The notes: generated from the letters alone by a model not told the origin. 64,000 nt of DNA from Hormoscilla sp. (GCA_051439505.1 JBFRWI010000217.1:1-64000); one strand, 5' to 3'. Positions 10,052 to 20,860 are shown, numbered from the stretch's first letter. Numbers and translations are program-made.

Positions 10052-11440
10052 CTAAAACCGATAGAGAAAACCACCACCCAAGACGAACCGTGGTTTATTA
10101 CCGCCACCAGCAAGATCGCGCACGGCGGGAGTAATTACTAGAGGGATGTTTTCAAAGGGGACGATGGAAAGTCCTACTCCCAAGTCCTGTCCCGACCATT
10201 CGGCGATGATACTCACGGGTTGCGCTACCCTGAATGCTACATTACCAAAAACATTGATTCCGTCTTCATCATCTGACAGTGCTTCAGCCGTGCGGAAGTG
10301 CCCATTCCCTAAACCAGCAGTTACCACAATGCGACTGAAGGGCCGATCGATATCCTCTTTTGTCCGGAAAATCTTGGTGGCCACGCCATAGAAACTGTTT
10401 TCAAAACCATTGTCATCGCCGAGATTGACAAGGCCATTCACTCCAGCGGCGATCGCGAAATCCTCTGATAACCGGCGATGGACTTTGAGATTAAATGCGC
10501 CACTGCCAAAGTCGCGAGTATTGTTGCCAAAGCTAGCGAAGGTATAGCTGAGTTCTACACCCACAGATTCAGTAGCATCCCCTAGGCCAATTCCCAAACC
10601 TAAAGAACCGTCATTTGACTCAGATCCGCGCACCCTCTCTTGAAAGCTAGCAGCAGTGTAGAGGGTATTGTTATCGGCACCAAAAGCCGAAGGAATGGCA
10701 ATGGTCATGCCAGGCGATCGGGCCTCATTTTCCGCCACTGTTGTTGCTTCTAAACCTTCCAGTTGCTGTTGCAGGCGGCGAATTTCTTCAACATCGGCAG
10801 GGGAAACCGGGCTACTATCTTGGCCAATACCTTGGGCGACAACCGTTTTATTTTTCTGGACGAATGCCTGCTTCTGGGCAGCATTTTCTAATGGTAATAG
10901 GTCTTTAGCACGGCCCTTGGGCAGGGGATTTGCTGTCGGGACAACTGGGTAAGAGGCTAGGACTGGCTGGGTTTGAGTCGGCGCGATCGCAATTGTCGAG
11001 GGAGGGGAAGGGCGAGGAAATGAGTTATCTATGCTTCTGGGATATTTTTCCCGAACCGTGGGAATTTCAGCAGCTATCGGGGAACTCTCTGGAAAACCCA
11101 GGCTAAATTCAGGCAGATCGCTGCCTAGATTACTGGGCACTGCTATGGGTGATGTCAGAGGGAGTTGACCAATATTCTCGTCAGATGCTTGCGGAGATGG
11201 TCGCGTGCCCTTCGAGTTCAAAGCATAGCTGTTCCCTGACAATTGCGGTATGTTGAGAGTTTCAGGTGGCGCAATTTCCGAAGCTATTTTTAGTTCAAGT
11301 TCGGAAAAACGATCGAGGTCATTGTCCCTGGTGGGGGACAGTTGCTGAGGGTTTGAGACTACCTTAGCCTTTTGAGTCAACATATGCATGGCTATGTAGC
11401 TGAAATTCCCCAGGGTAATCAGAATTAAGATAACGCGCAT
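10052..11440 (-). CDS. Hypothetical protein with probable C-terminal outer-membrane beta-barrel
   Basis: Pro/Ser-rich N half, amphipathic beta-strand C half, terminal Phe (GFLYRF). Start uncertain. Confidence 0.65.
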   Translation of the reverse strand: MRVILILITLGNFSYIAMHMLTQKAKVVSNPQQLSPTRDNDLDRFSELELKIASEIAPPETLNIPQLSGNSYALNSKGTRPSPQASDENIGQLPLTSPIAVPSNLGSDLPEFSLGFPESSPIAAEIPTVREKYPRSIDNSFPRPSPPSTIAIAPTQTQPVLASYPVVPTANPLPKGRAKDLLPLENAAQKQAFVQKNKTVVAQGIGQDSSPVSPADVEEIRRLQQQLEGLEATTVAENEARSPGMTIAIPSAFGADNNTLYTAASFQERVRGSESNDGSLGLGIGLGDATESVGVELSYTFASFGNNTRDFGSGAFNLKVHRRLSEDFAIAAGVNGLVNLGDDNGFENSFYGVATKIFRTKEDIDRPFSRIVVTAGLGNGHFRTAEALSDDEDGINVFGNVAFRVAQPVSIIAEWSGQDLGVGLSIVPFENIPLVITPAVRDLAGGGNKPRFVLGGGFLYRF

Positions 11441-11756
11441 TTCATTTTGGTCAGATAAAAAACTGTTTGCTGTCCTAGTCGGTCAAGAAACCGGGTTTCT
11501 CCGGTCTGAGCATTGATATGTCTGGTGAAGATGAACCTCCAAACCCGGTTTATAGCTTCTACTTGACCAATGCTCTAGGCTAACCAGTGATACTGAGTTA
11601 AGCGCGTCCATCAGGAAAAATCTGCCAGACCAGATGCCCCCACTTTTCTCTACAAAAATAAAATTTACTGTCCTGTTTGCCAGATTAACGCAGGTATAGG
11701 TAAGCAAAGCAGTGGACAATATAGCAAGCGTCACCCTTATGATTTCTAAACCCTTC

Positions 11757-12767
11757 ATGCAGCAGCGACCCCTAACCTACCTGATCACCGGGGGCGCGGG
11801 ATTTATTGGCTCTCATTTATGTGAAACCCTCTTGGCCCAAGGCTGTCGCGTCTCGGTAATTGATGACCTTTCCACTGGCAGTATCGATAATATTCGCCAT
11901 TTACTTCCTCATCGGGATTTTCACTTTGCCTATGCCAGCATTACCAATGAAGTGGTGTTGGACCGCTTGGCGTCGGAAGCAGATATCATCGTCCATTTGG
12001 CAGCGGCGGTGGGAGTGCAATTAATCGTCTCTCATCCGGTGCGCACGATTCAAACTAATATCATGGGCACGGAAGCAGTTCTGCGGGCAGCAGTTCGATA
12101 TCAGGCGAAAGTGATTCTTGCCTCCACCTCGGAAGTCTATGGCAAAGGAAATCGCATTCCTTTTCGAGAAGATGATGATGTGGTGCTGGGACCGACGATC
12201 CGCAACCGCTGGTCCTATGCTGCTTCCAAGATGGTCGATGAGTTTCTCGCATTGGCCTATTACCAGGAAAAACAACTGCCCGTCGCGATCGCCCGTTTAT
12301 TCAATACAGTAGGTCCGAGACAAACGGGGCGCTATGGCATGGTAATTCCGAGATTTGTGCAGCAGGCGTTAGGGGGGGAACCCCTAACAGTGTACGGAGA
12401 CGGAACCCAATCGCGATGTTTTTTGCACGTGCAGGATGCGGTGAAGGCCCTAGTAGCATTAGCATCAGCGCCCGAAGCAATTGGCGAGGTATTTAATATC
12501 GGTCAAGTGCAAGAAATTACGATCTTGGATTTAGCCCGCAAGGTAATTACCATGGTAGAGGGAGAAAGCTTCAATTCCGATTCTCGCATCCAATTCGTGC
12601 CCTACGGACAAGCTTATGCCCCTGGGTTTGAGGACATGCAGCGGCGGGTACCAGATATTTCTAAGATCTACCAATATTTGGGATGGCAACCCACCCACGA
12701 ACTCTCGGAAATCCTCCAAGATGTAATAGTTAGTTGCGATCGCCAGCAGGAAGTGGTTGTGGCATGA
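11757..12767 (+). CDS. NAD-dependent nucleotide-sugar epimerase/dehydratase (extended SDR)
   Basis: TGGAGFIG, STSEVYG, YAASK, RLFNTVGP. Confidence 0.9.
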   Translation: MQQRPLTYLITGGAGFIGSHLCETLLAQGCRVSVIDDLSTGSIDNIRHLLPHRDFHFAYASITNEVVLDRLASEADIIVHLAAAVGVQLIVSHPVRTIQTNIMGTEAVLRAAVRYQAKVILASTSEVYGKGNRIPFREDDDVVLGPTIRNRWSYAASKMVDEFLALAYYQEKQLPVAIARLFNTVGPRQTGRYGMVIPRFVQQALGGEPLTVYGDGTQSRCFLHVQDAVKALVALASAPEAIGEVFNIGQVQEITILDLARKVITMVEGESFNSDSRIQFVPYGQAYAPGFEDMQRRVPDISKIYQYLGWQPTHELSEILQDVIVSCDRQQEVVVA

Positions 12768-13900
12768 AAATATTGCTAGTCACGGGCATCTTTCCCCCAG
12801 ATATTGGCGGTCCTGCCACCTACGTACCCAAGATCGCAGCCAGTTTGACTGAACGAGGGCACGAGGTGCTGGTTTTGACCACTAGCGAACCGGAAAATCT
12901 CGACTACGATACTCTAGAGTTTCCCTTTCAGGTGGTGCGCATGAACCGACGAGTAGCCCTTTGGCGTCGTCCCTGGGATTACGTGAAGTATATCTGCTAT
13001 TACGGTCGGGATGTAGATCTCATCTATGCTAACGGAGTATTTCTGGAAACAGCCTTAGGGAATAAATGGCTGCACAAACCCCTGGTGATGAAAGTGGTCG
13101 GCGACCCCGCTTGGGAACGGGCTAGAAACAGGGGTTGGGTGGAGGACAATTTTGAGGTATTTCAACAGCAGCGATATAATTTGCAGGTGGAAACTCTTAA
13201 GGCCATCCGAACTTGGAGTATCCGTCAAGCTGACAAAGCGATCGTCCCTAGCAAGTACCTGGCCCGCCAAGTAGCTGGGTGGGGCATTCCCCACGGAAAA
13301 ATTGCTGTTATCTATAATGCGGTAGATTTGCCCTCCGGTCTTCAGCCGGCGGTTGTCCCATTAAAGACACCGATAAAGGTGGTAACGGTGGGACGGTTAG
13401 TATCTTGGAAGCAGGTAGATAAAATAATCGAGGCGATCGCCCCCTTAGATGATGTCGGATTAGTTATTATTGGCGAGGGTCCCGAACGATCTTTTTTAGT
13501 AAATATCGCGGCCAAACAAGAGATGGGCGATCGGGTATATTTTGCGGGGCAACGCTGCCAGAAAGAGATGCTAGCATTAATGGCAGCTTGTGACCTATTT
13601 GTCCTCAATTCTACTTACGAAGGCTTGCCCCATGTAGTCTTAGAAGCAATGAGTTTAGGATTGCCCGTAGTCGCCACCGCAGTAGGAGGTACGCCAGAAT
13701 TAGTCAGAGATAAAGAGAATGGCAGGTTAGTAGATCCTAGCGCTCGTAAAAGCCTTTGTGAAATCATCTCCACCTTAGTTAAATCCCCAGAAGAACGCCA
13801 GGGTCTGGCGGCGGCAGGCAGGCAGGCGATCGCCCAGTTCAGTTGGCAGCGTTTGGTGTCAGAAACGGCCACTTTACTGTCAGCATATTATCGGGGTTAA
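12764..13900 (+). CDS. Glycosyltransferase family 4
   Basis: FPPDIGGPATY; EGLPHVVLEAM (E-x7-E); ATGA overlap with the upstream gene. Confidence 0.9.
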   Translation: MKILLVTGIFPPDIGGPATYVPKIAASLTERGHEVLVLTTSEPENLDYDTLEFPFQVVRMNRRVALWRRPWDYVKYICYYGRDVDLIYANGVFLETALGNKWLHKPLVMKVVGDPAWERARNRGWVEDNFEVFQQQRYNLQVETLKAIRTWSIRQADKAIVPSKYLARQVAGWGIPHGKIAVIYNAVDLPSGLQPAVVPLKTPIKVVTVGRLVSWKQVDKIIEAIAPLDDVGLVIIGEGPERSFLVNIAAKQEMGDRVYFAGQRCQKEMLALMAACDLFVLNSTYEGLPHVVLEAMSLGLPVVATAVGGTPELVRDKENGRLVDPSARKSLCEIISTLVKSPEERQGLAAAGRQAIAQFSWQRLVSETATLLSAYYRG

Positions 13901-14046
13901 CAGCAGTTACAAAAAAAATCTGCCGATCTGCGAAAATATTGCGGAATGCCGAGCTAATTGGATGTATTATATATCTAATGAGGTTTCACTATCGACCCTT
14001 GTCGATCTGGTCATAACTCAATTTGGAACAATAGAGGAATAATGCG

Positions 14047-14280
14047 ATGTATGCGATTGAGTTTGAAGCTACTATTGAAGATGGAATGATTCGGATTCCG
14101 CAAGAATATTTGGCGCAATTACAGCCACGGCTGAAAGTCATTGTGTTGCAAGAAGAATCAGGGGAGAAACAAGAGGCTCTCAAGCAAAAGGATGAATTTT
14201 TAGCCAAGGTGGCGCAGCATCGTTTCGATCTGCCGCCAGACTATCGCTTTAACCGGGAAGAACTTTATGACAGAATCTAA
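14047..14280 (+). CDS. Putative antitoxin of a PIN toxin
   Basis: 77 aa, AbrB-like N terminus (IEDGMIRIP), FNREELYDR C terminus, overlaps the PIN gene. Confidence 0.75.
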   Translation: MYAIEFEATIEDGMIRIPQEYLAQLQPRLKVIVLQEESGEKQEALKQKDEFLAKVAQHRFDLPPDYRFNREELYDRI

Positions 14281-14686
14281 ATGTTTCTTGGATACCAATC
14301 TCTTGGTCTATCTCTATAGTACAGATCCGAAGTCAGCGACTATAGAAAACTTGATTAATGCCCATTTTGGTGAGATATGCCTGTCGATTCAGGTGTTGAA
14401 CGAACTGTATAGTGTCTTGACGCGCAAAAACTTGACAACCAAAGAAGAAGCGCAAAGTATCGTCAACGATCTGATCGATAGTTATAGTATTTATTGTATT
14501 GACGAGCGATGTATTAAGCGAGCGATCGGGATCAATATCAAGTACCATTTTTCATATTGGGATAGTTTGATTATTGCGGCGGCCCTTGAAGTCGGTTGTA
14601 CCACACTGTATTCGGAAGATTTGCAGCACAACCAGTTAATCGAAGATGCCTTGACAATTCTGAACCCGTTTATGATGAGCAAATAA
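14267..14686 (+). CDS. PIN-domain (VapC-type) toxin
   Basis: FLDTNLLVY, QVLNE, SYWDSLIIAAA, YSEDL. Confidence 0.9.
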   Translation: MTESKCFLDTNLLVYLYSTDPKSATIENLINAHFGEICLSIQVLNELYSVLTRKNLTTKEEAQSIVNDLIDSYSIYCIDERCIKRAIGINIKYHFSYWDSLIIAAALEVGCTTLYSEDLQHNQLIEDALTILNPFMMSK

Positions 14687-14707
14687 ATGCAGGTTTTCTC
14701 AGAACAG

Positions 14708-14772
14708 CCAGTTTAGCTGGCAGCGTTTGGTGTCAGAAACTGCCACTTTACTGTCAGCATATCATCGTGGTT
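14708..14772 (+). repeat. Diverged duplicate of the 3' end of the GT4 gene (13834-13898)
   Basis: 65-bp direct repeat with 5 mismatches. Confidence 0.9.
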
Positions 14773-15021
14773 GCTGGCCATATATATGATAGTTTAACTT
14801 CTCATGTAAAGGCGATCGACATGTAATTTACATAATTTTATGGAGGGGAAATCAGAAAAATTAAGTAAATATACGGTTTAGTAGCTGTTGATAGTTGATT
14901 AAGATAGTGGAGAGAGCAGGAGAATAATCGCTCCTCAATTAATCAGAAATTCCCGAGATTGAAACCGCGTTGGTCAGAGATCGGGGTGCATCAAGTTAAT
15001 TAAACTAAGGGACTGGAAGCA

Positions 15022-16806
15022 ATGTTTGGCGAAGATAGCGGAACGGATTTTTTTTTGATTGAGGACATGCTGCCCAAGGAGCAAGAACAATACCGAGAAA
15101 CTGGCGAACGGGAAATCAACTTGGACAATAATGGAATTGCCATTGCCTCGTATGATGAAGGGTTCTTAGAATTGAATCAAATATTATTTGGCTCGGAAAA
15201 TGGGACAAATAATCAGACTATTAATCAAAATCGGACGAAAAAACAGCCGCTGGCTCCTTTACCCCCTCCCAAAGCAATTGAAGAGATAGTCTTAAAGAGG
15301 AAGACAGCAGAATCAAGCGCTGCGGACTTCAACGGCGATGGCGTTCCCGACATCTTGTGGCGCCATTATCCCACGGGAGTGAATGGGGCGTGGCTGATGA
15401 ACGGCACAAATTATGTTCGTAGCCGTTCCCTGCCCCGGGTACGTAACTCCGACTGGCGGATGCAGGGCGCGGGCGACTTTGACGGTGATGGCAAAGAGGA
15501 CGACATTATCTGGCGCAACTATGATAACGGGAGGAATGCGGTGTGGCTGATGGAGGGTCGAAATCGAGTCGGAAGCCAGACTCTCTCTCGTGTAGCTAAC
15601 CTCAACTGGCGCATACAGGGCGTCGGCAACTTCGACAATGATGGCAACGCGGACGACATTCTCTGGCGTAACTATGAGACTGGGTCCAATGAGGTGTGGC
15701 TGATGGATAATGGCAATGATAACGGCGTTCTCCTCTCTAGCGAGACTAACCTCAACTGGCAAATTGGTGGCACGGGGGACTTCAATAGCGATGGCAGCAC
15801 CGATATTCTCTGGCGCAATTATGCTACCGGCGCGAATAAGGTGCAGTTGATGAATGGCACTACTGAGGGCAGTGAAGTCTCTCTGGAAAGTTTGGCCGAC
15901 ACGAATTGGCGCATGAGCGGCACGGGAGACTATAACAACGATAATAATATCGATATTTTGTGGCGCAACTATGAGACTGGAGAGAATTTATTCTGGCTGA
16001 TGAATGGCACCAGCAAGGACTCGGAAGTCGATCTGTTTACTGTCTCTAACTTGGACTGGGAAATTGGCTTGCAGGATAGTTTACCCGAAGCTTCTGATAA
16101 TGGCGGTGGCGGTGGCGGTGGTACGGCCCTCCCCGCTGTTATTAATAGTGACACGATTAAGTTCTCTCCTGGAGATGACGAACAGGCGATCGCCGCTACC
16201 GGTGCCGCCAGTCTCACCATCGGCACCCAAACCATTTATGTGGGTACCTGGCAAGCATCGAGTAACAATCAAAACCCAATTATTGCCAGTTTTGACAGCA
16301 GTAACCCCAGGAACAATTGGGTAAAAACGGACTATGAAGCCACAGGTGCTGACGGTCGCGGTTTGGGCTTATTGTGGGATGGCAGTAACCTGTTTGCCGC
16401 CTTCACCACGGACGGCACCCAAGGCAGTGTCAGTGAAGATTGGCGTCGGGCAACGGGTGCCACTGGTCAATTCAGTTGGCTGAACAGCTACGGATCGGGA
16501 GGCGGTGCCAAGGTATCAGTGGTGGGTAAACTCGACCTCGCTACGGGGGATCTGACAGATGCGGCTTATGTGTCAGCGTTGCTCACTAACGGAAATAGTA
16601 ACACATTGACTGTAACCGATTTATCTGTTAACAGCAGTGGGAACTTGGTCGTCAATGCTAGCTCCTTTTTTAATCCCCGCAACCCGAATGGCAGCCGCAT
16701 GACCCGAGTTGATACTAGCATTACTTCGCCCTTTGATTATACGATCGAGCTTACACCGGACCTGGATACTGTAGTCAGCACTGCCGCTGTTGGCTGGGTT
16801 GCCTAA
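15022..16806 (+). CDS. FG-GAP/VCBS repeat protein with Gly linker and C-terminal domain
   Basis: Five repeats of (G)DFxxDGxxDILWRNY, then GGGGGGG and a Thr/Ser-rich domain. Confidence 0.85.
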   Translation: MFGEDSGTDFFLIEDMLPKEQEQYRETGEREINLDNNGIAIASYDEGFLELNQILFGSENGTNNQTINQNRTKKQPLAPLPPPKAIEEIVLKRKTAESSAADFNGDGVPDILWRHYPTGVNGAWLMNGTNYVRSRSLPRVRNSDWRMQGAGDFDGDGKEDDIIWRNYDNGRNAVWLMEGRNRVGSQTLSRVANLNWRIQGVGNFDNDGNADDILWRNYETGSNEVWLMDNGNDNGVLLSSETNLNWQIGGTGDFNSDGSTDILWRNYATGANKVQLMNGTTEGSEVSLESLADTNWRMSGTGDYNNDNNIDILWRNYETGENLFWLMNGTSKDSEVDLFTVSNLDWEIGLQDSLPEASDNGGGGGGGTALPAVINSDTIKFSPGDDEQAIAATGAASLTIGTQTIYVGTWQASSNNQNPIIASFDSSNPRNNWVKTDYEATGADGRGLGLLWDGSNLFAAFTTDGTQGSVSEDWRRATGATGQFSWLNSYGSGGGAKVSVVGKLDLATGDLTDAAYVSALLTNGNSNTLTVTDLSVNSSGNLVVNASSFFNPRNPNGSRMTRVDTSITSPFDYTIELTPDLDTVVSTAAVGWVA

Positions 16807-16982
16807 TGTTAGGTTTGTCAATGGCTAATGGTTAATGGCTAATTGAAACCATTAGCCGTAGGGTGGGCATTGCCCACCAAGACCATATCTTTGATGGAGA
16901 ATATAGCCGTTTATCGTTCCCATTGGCGACCCCTGGAAAGGAGGATTTGGATCCTCTACCTGCCTTAAAAAATGAAGCATAA

Positions 16983-17160
16983 ATGAACGATATATTAAAG
17001 AATTACTCTCTAAGTGTTGAATTTGCAGAAGCTAGCAGAGATGATGCAGATGCGCGATCGCCTTTTTGAAGTTGAATCAGAGTTAAGTGCAGAAGAAAAA
17101 AGAATTCTCGCTTTAGCCGATCGCCAGTTAATCCTGCGTGCGGCTGAGTTTTTTCTCGTT
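16983..17160 (+). pseudogene. Frameshifted small hypothetical gene cut off by a REP-like element
   Basis: ATG at 16983 (MNDILKNYSLSVEF) appears to continue in another frame (EMMQMRDRLFEVESELSAEEKRIL) and then runs into CTCGTTCCC repeats. Confidence 0.4.
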
Positions 17161-17161
17161 T

Positions 17162-17385
17162 CTCGTTCCCTGGCTCCGCCGGGGAACGTGGGTTTTGAGG
17201 CTCTGCCTCCTTTGACAAATAAAGTTTTCTCTAGTGAGGAGACCTAGGAACGAGGGTAATTCACAGGAGGCAGAGCCTCAGACTTCCCATTCCCAGGGAG
17301 ACCCTGGGAACGAGGGTAAAGTTTTTGCTGCGGCCAAAGGCGCCAGCAGCCCAGAAACCCGGTTTTTACAGAAAACCGGGTTTCT
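17162..17385. repeat. Cluster of REP-like palindromes (CTCGTTCCC...GGGAACGAG and AGAAACCSGGTTTCT types)
   Basis: Read directly; the same motifs recur at 55965-56165. Confidence 0.75.
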
Positions 17386-17472
17386 TAATTTATTGGCTAC
17401 TGCCCCAAAAAAGTTCCGGATCGTCAATATAGCTCCAGAATACGTGATTGGCCAAACAAACTTTAGAGGTAG

Positions 17473-18825
17473 ATGCAGTCATTACCAAAGCTGTGGAAAT
17501 ACTTCCGCACGCAAGTCATCAAACGAAAATTTGTCCGAGACGTGGGAGTATTGACGATCGCCAATTTAGTAGCAGCCATGCTGAGTTTTGCCCAGGGGAT
17601 TTTTGTGGCCCGTTGGCTGGGACCGGAACGCTACGGGATGGCGGCCTTGGTAATGACTTATCCTGGTTTGGTGTTCGCGTTTTTTGATGCTCGTTCTGCG
17701 GAAGCTTCGGTGAAATATCTGAGCGAATTTTATGCTCGGGGCGATCGCGATCGGGTGCTAGGGATGTGTAAATTGGGATATATAATAGATGTAGGCATAG
17801 CTATGTTGGCTTTTTTCACCGTGTTTTCTACAGCAAGTTGGGCGGCCCAAGCAATTGCTCACCGTCCAGAAGCTGTAGGACTAATAGTAGTCTATGCAGC
17901 AGCATTCATTCCCCGAGGGTTAGTGGGCACTTCTCGTGCAGTTATGGTAACATTGGGTAAATTTAATTTGATTGCCTGGATTGAAACTTGCACAACATTT
18001 TTGCGCGTGGTGTTAGTTTTAAGTTTAGCGTTCGCCGGTTGGCAAGTCGCAGGAGTGGTTTGGGGAAATACCATTGCCATGGCAGTAACGGGATTGGTTC
18101 AAGGGGCGATCGGGTGGTTTATGATTTATCGCCACTGGGGGGCATTACCTTTTCAAGGAAAATGCCAACATCTTAAACAGCAGAGTCAAGAAATATTCAA
18201 GTTTTTGTTCTACAACAATATCACAGCACTGATAGGAACGATTCCCAAGCAAATTGATATTTTATTATTAGGCTACTTTCGCAGTCCCTTAGAAGTTGGC
18301 TACTATCAACTAGCAAAAAAATTGAGCAGCATCGTTAGCTATTTTGTCGGGCCGTTACAATCTGTCACTTACCCTGAAATATCAAGACTTTCCGGCTTAG
18401 GCAAGATATCTGCCATTCAAAATAAAGTCAAAAAACTAGCCTTTCAGGTGGGATTGCCCTTGGGATTAACTGTTTTAGTTGTCACCCTACTACTACCTAG
18501 CGGATTAACAATATTTTTTGGCGATGAATATCAGCCTGCTGCTACAGCCATCCAGCTTTTATTTTTAGGCTCCGCTATTTGGCTAACCTTCTTTTGGCTA
18601 AAACCAGTGTTTATGACCATTGGGGAAATGAAATTTTGGGCTAGTAACTCAGTCTTGGTTGTGATGCTTACTTTGACAGGCTTTGCATTTGCAATCCCTG
18701 TGGGAGGGTATGTGGGCTTGGCATGGGTGTGGCTGATTACTGGTGGGTTGGGAGGGCATCTCTTTGCCACCATTTATCTTCTTTACAAGTGGAAAATCGC
18801 TAGTGCTGTTGCTGGAGAATTATAA
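17473..18825 (+). CDS. wzx: Wzx-type oligosaccharide flippase
   Basis: About 12 TM segments, ARWLGPERYG and DILLLGYF...VGYY motifs. Confidence 0.85.
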   Translation: MQSLPKLWKYFRTQVIKRKFVRDVGVLTIANLVAAMLSFAQGIFVARWLGPERYGMAALVMTYPGLVFAFFDARSAEASVKYLSEFYARGDRDRVLGMCKLGYIIDVGIAMLAFFTVFSTASWAAQAIAHRPEAVGLIVVYAAAFIPRGLVGTSRAVMVTLGKFNLIAWIETCTTFLRVVLVLSLAFAGWQVAGVVWGNTIAMAVTGLVQGAIGWFMIYRHWGALPFQGKCQHLKQQSQEIFKFLFYNNITALIGTIPKQIDILLLGYFRSPLEVGYYQLAKKLSSIVSYFVGPLQSVTYPEISRLSGLGKISAIQNKVKKLAFQVGLPLGLTVLVVTLLLPSGLTIFFGDEYQPAATAIQLLFLGSAIWLTFFWLKPVFMTIGEMKFWASNSVLVVMLTLTGFAFAIPVGGYVGLAWVWLITGGLGGHLFATIYLLYKWKIASAVAGEL

Positions 18826-19655
18826 TGATCGCCAAAGTAAAAGACTTCTACGAAACTTACCCAGATCGCATTTTTGATAAAAGATACAATTCGCCTTATT
18901 GGCTGCGAAGCTATACTCACCGCCAAATTTATGACCAATTTTTACCTTATCTAAAAAAAGGGATGCAGGTACTTGATGCCGGTTGTGGAGAAGGCGTACT
19001 CAGTTGCTTAATCGCACAGCAAGGGATTGATGTTGTTGGAGTTGATTTATCTGCACCCAATATCGAGGCCGCTAGTCGTTTAGCTTCTCAGTGGAATGTT
19101 AACCCTAAGTTTTTGCAAGGAGACGCGGAAAATCTCCCGTTTTCAGACAATAGCTTTGATATTGTAATTAGTTCCCACGTACTCGAACATTTACCCGATT
19201 TGCATCAGGGATTGCGCGAGTTGTACCGTGTCACCGGGAGTGTGGCGCTGATTGCCATGCCTACTTGCTTAAATCCAGCTTGTTGGGTACTGCTGGGTGG
19301 CGATCGCTATTGGAAGTTGGGCAGGCGATCGATCATGGCAATGCCCATTGGTCTGAGCAAAACAATTGTTGCTTGGTTGTCCGGAAAAGAAGGCCCAGAT
19401 GAAGGATATGCAGGGAATAACGAGTTACCCCATATTTGGCGCTTCCCTTGGGTCATGCGTCAGCAAATAGAAAGTGTTGGTTTTCAAATTGAGAAGTTTG
19501 AAGCAGGGCCACTTCTGTTTCCTTATCTGGCCCACTATATCCAGTCATTGCAGTCTGTGCAAAGAGCCCTAGATACATATCGCGATCGCCCGTTACTGCA
19601 GAACTTTGGCTACGGCAGTATGGCGGTTTGCTACAAGAACGGCGTCAGTCATTAA
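18825..19655 (+). CDS. Class I SAM-dependent methyltransferase
   Basis: VLDAGCGEG, DAENLPF, SHVLEH. Confidence 0.9.
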   Translation: MIAKVKDFYETYPDRIFDKRYNSPYWLRSYTHRQIYDQFLPYLKKGMQVLDAGCGEGVLSCLIAQQGIDVVGVDLSAPNIEAASRLASQWNVNPKFLQGDAENLPFSDNSFDIVISSHVLEHLPDLHQGLRELYRVTGSVALIAMPTCLNPACWVLLGGDRYWKLGRRSIMAMPIGLSKTIVAWLSGKEGPDEGYAGNNELPHIWRFPWVMRQQIESVGFQIEKFEAGPLLFPYLAHYIQSLQSVQRALDTYRDRPLLQNFGYGSMAVCYKNGVSH

Positions 19656-19695
19656 TCATCTAAATTTTAGGAGCAGTTTTAGCTGTAATGAAACC

Positions 19696-20810
19696 ATGAA
19701 AATTGCTTGTCTTACCACCAGCTTATCTCTTGATAACGGATGGGGTCGTTATTCCTACGAAATTATTAGACGGCTTCCTGACTATGGAATAGAATCTGTC
19801 GTTTTTCTGGATAGTTCTGCTCCCAACGCTAATAAAGATGGGTTCAGAAGCTACGGCGTTCTCCGTTCCTTTTCCAATGGCATCCGCAAACCGATTAATT
19901 TACTATGGGACTGGTTGAAAATTCGCCAAGAGATTAGCAAGTGTCACATAGTCCACTGTTTTGCAGAGCCGTTTATGCCCTTAGCATATCTTGCGGCTTC
20001 AATAGACAAAAAAAATTGCTGGTTAATGCAGTCGGAACTTATGCTTTCTCTAGCCTTAATCAAAAAAATAGTAATCTCTACTACCAATCTTATAAATTAG
20101 CAGAGAGTATTCCGGCTATCAGTCATTATGTCGCTAAACTAATGAACGAACGATTACCAGAATTTGCGGATAAGTTACAAGTAATTCCTTTGGGAGTCAA
20201 CACAGAACATATTCAGTTATTTCCAAACAATGAGCAGCCTCCTAAACGTGAGAACGCTTTTCTAGCAGTCGGTCAAGTCAAAGCCAGGAAAGGAACCTTG
20301 CAAGCTGTTGAAGCCCTGGCAAAAGTGGTTGAAAAGTTTCCAGAGGCGAAACTCTATATTGCTGGTTCTATTTCTCAGACAAACTATGTCCAACAAGTTA
20401 AAAATAAGATATATGAAAATCATCTTGAAAACCATGTATGTTTTTTAGGAACTATTTCCACAGAGCAACTTAATGACTACTACAGTAGAGTTCGTGGTCT
20501 GGTGATGCCCTCTATGAATGTCGGTAATAGTTTTGAAGGGTTTGGTCTGGTTCACTTAGAAGCAAATTCATTTGGGGTGCCTTCTATCGGATCTTTAGAC
20601 TGCGGAAATGAAGATGCGATTAAAGATGGATACAGTGGTTTTTTAGTAGAGCAAGGAAATACTGATGCGATCGCTGCATCCATGATCAAATTACTAGATC
20701 CTAGTTTCGACTGGTCTTCAATGTCTCGTAATGCAAGATATTTTGCTCAAAGTATGTCGTGGAACAAAGTAGTCGCAGCTTACGTTAATCTTTATCAAGC
20801 CACAGCTTAA
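19696..20810 (+). pseudogene. GT4 glycosyltransferase split by a frameshift in an A8 tract (20008-20015)
   Basis: N part MKIACLTTSLSLDNGWGRYS...ASIDKK and C part KLLVNAVGTY...EGFGLVHLEA lie in different frames; A9 or A6 would join them. Confidence 0.85.
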
Positions 20811-20860
20811 ACCAGATAATTTGTTGAAATAAATATCAAAATAATCGAGCTAAAAAAACC

